From Deltaproteobacteria bacterium (lineage in GTDB: Bacteria > SAR324 > NAC60-12), in the NCBI GenBank assembly GCA_038150265.1, contig JAYOTF010000011.1:11130-75129 (forward strand): a stretch of 64,000 bases of DNA, given 5' to 3'. A program made the position numbers and the translations under genes. Positions 63,976-64,000 of the stretch are shown piece by piece (the stretch's first letter is position 1; each line of letters begins with the position of its first letter). The notes below the pieces were generated by a model. It saw only the letters and a list, made by a program, of their open reading frames with translations. It was not told the origin of the DNA and did not search any database.

Positions 63976-64000
63976 TCTGTGAACCGAGTGCCGTCGATTC

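Noticed and set aside
63892..64000. Possible CDS starting at ATG 63892 and running off the right edge
   Set aside because: It runs through a REP-like palindrome, has no clear RBS and is too short to judge.

Overview
A gene-dense, GC-rich (roughly mid-60s % by eye) bacterial chromosomal segment of about 55 CDSs. I found no rRNA, tRNA, CRISPR array, transposase or integrase. Gene content suggests a marine SAR324/deltaproteobacteria-like organism, but that is only an inference. From left to right it holds: an M6-type metalloprotease lipoprotein cut by the left edge; ilvE; a sulfur-linked module (molybdopterin oxidoreductase with no Tat signal plus a 4Fe-4S/NrfD fusion, divergent from an internally deleted CysG, TauE and DUF1634); a K+ channel with tandem RCK, Sel1 and TerB-like domains next to a soluble RCK-only protein; alr; a lytic transglycosylase; pcaD, xdhC and mfd; a LacI-regulated hexosaminidase/ABC/kinase operon; coaE; a degenerate DAG-kinase-like protein; frameshifted prfB and yajQ; a purine catabolism cluster (puuD, puuE, GntR, alc, aldolase/citrate-lyase-like, uraD, NCS2 permease); etfBA; ProX; an orphan ParA with a DUF3102-like partner; an ALDH7-like dehydrogenase; an SNF2 helicase; EamA; a pot-type ABC transporter and a deaminase. 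The strongest signal not explained by the genes is heavy over-representation of the palindrome TCCGGA, in all three codon phases and in intergenic DNA, reminiscent of cyanobacterial HIP1. All family calls come from reading motifs by eye and all counts are by hand; no searches were run.
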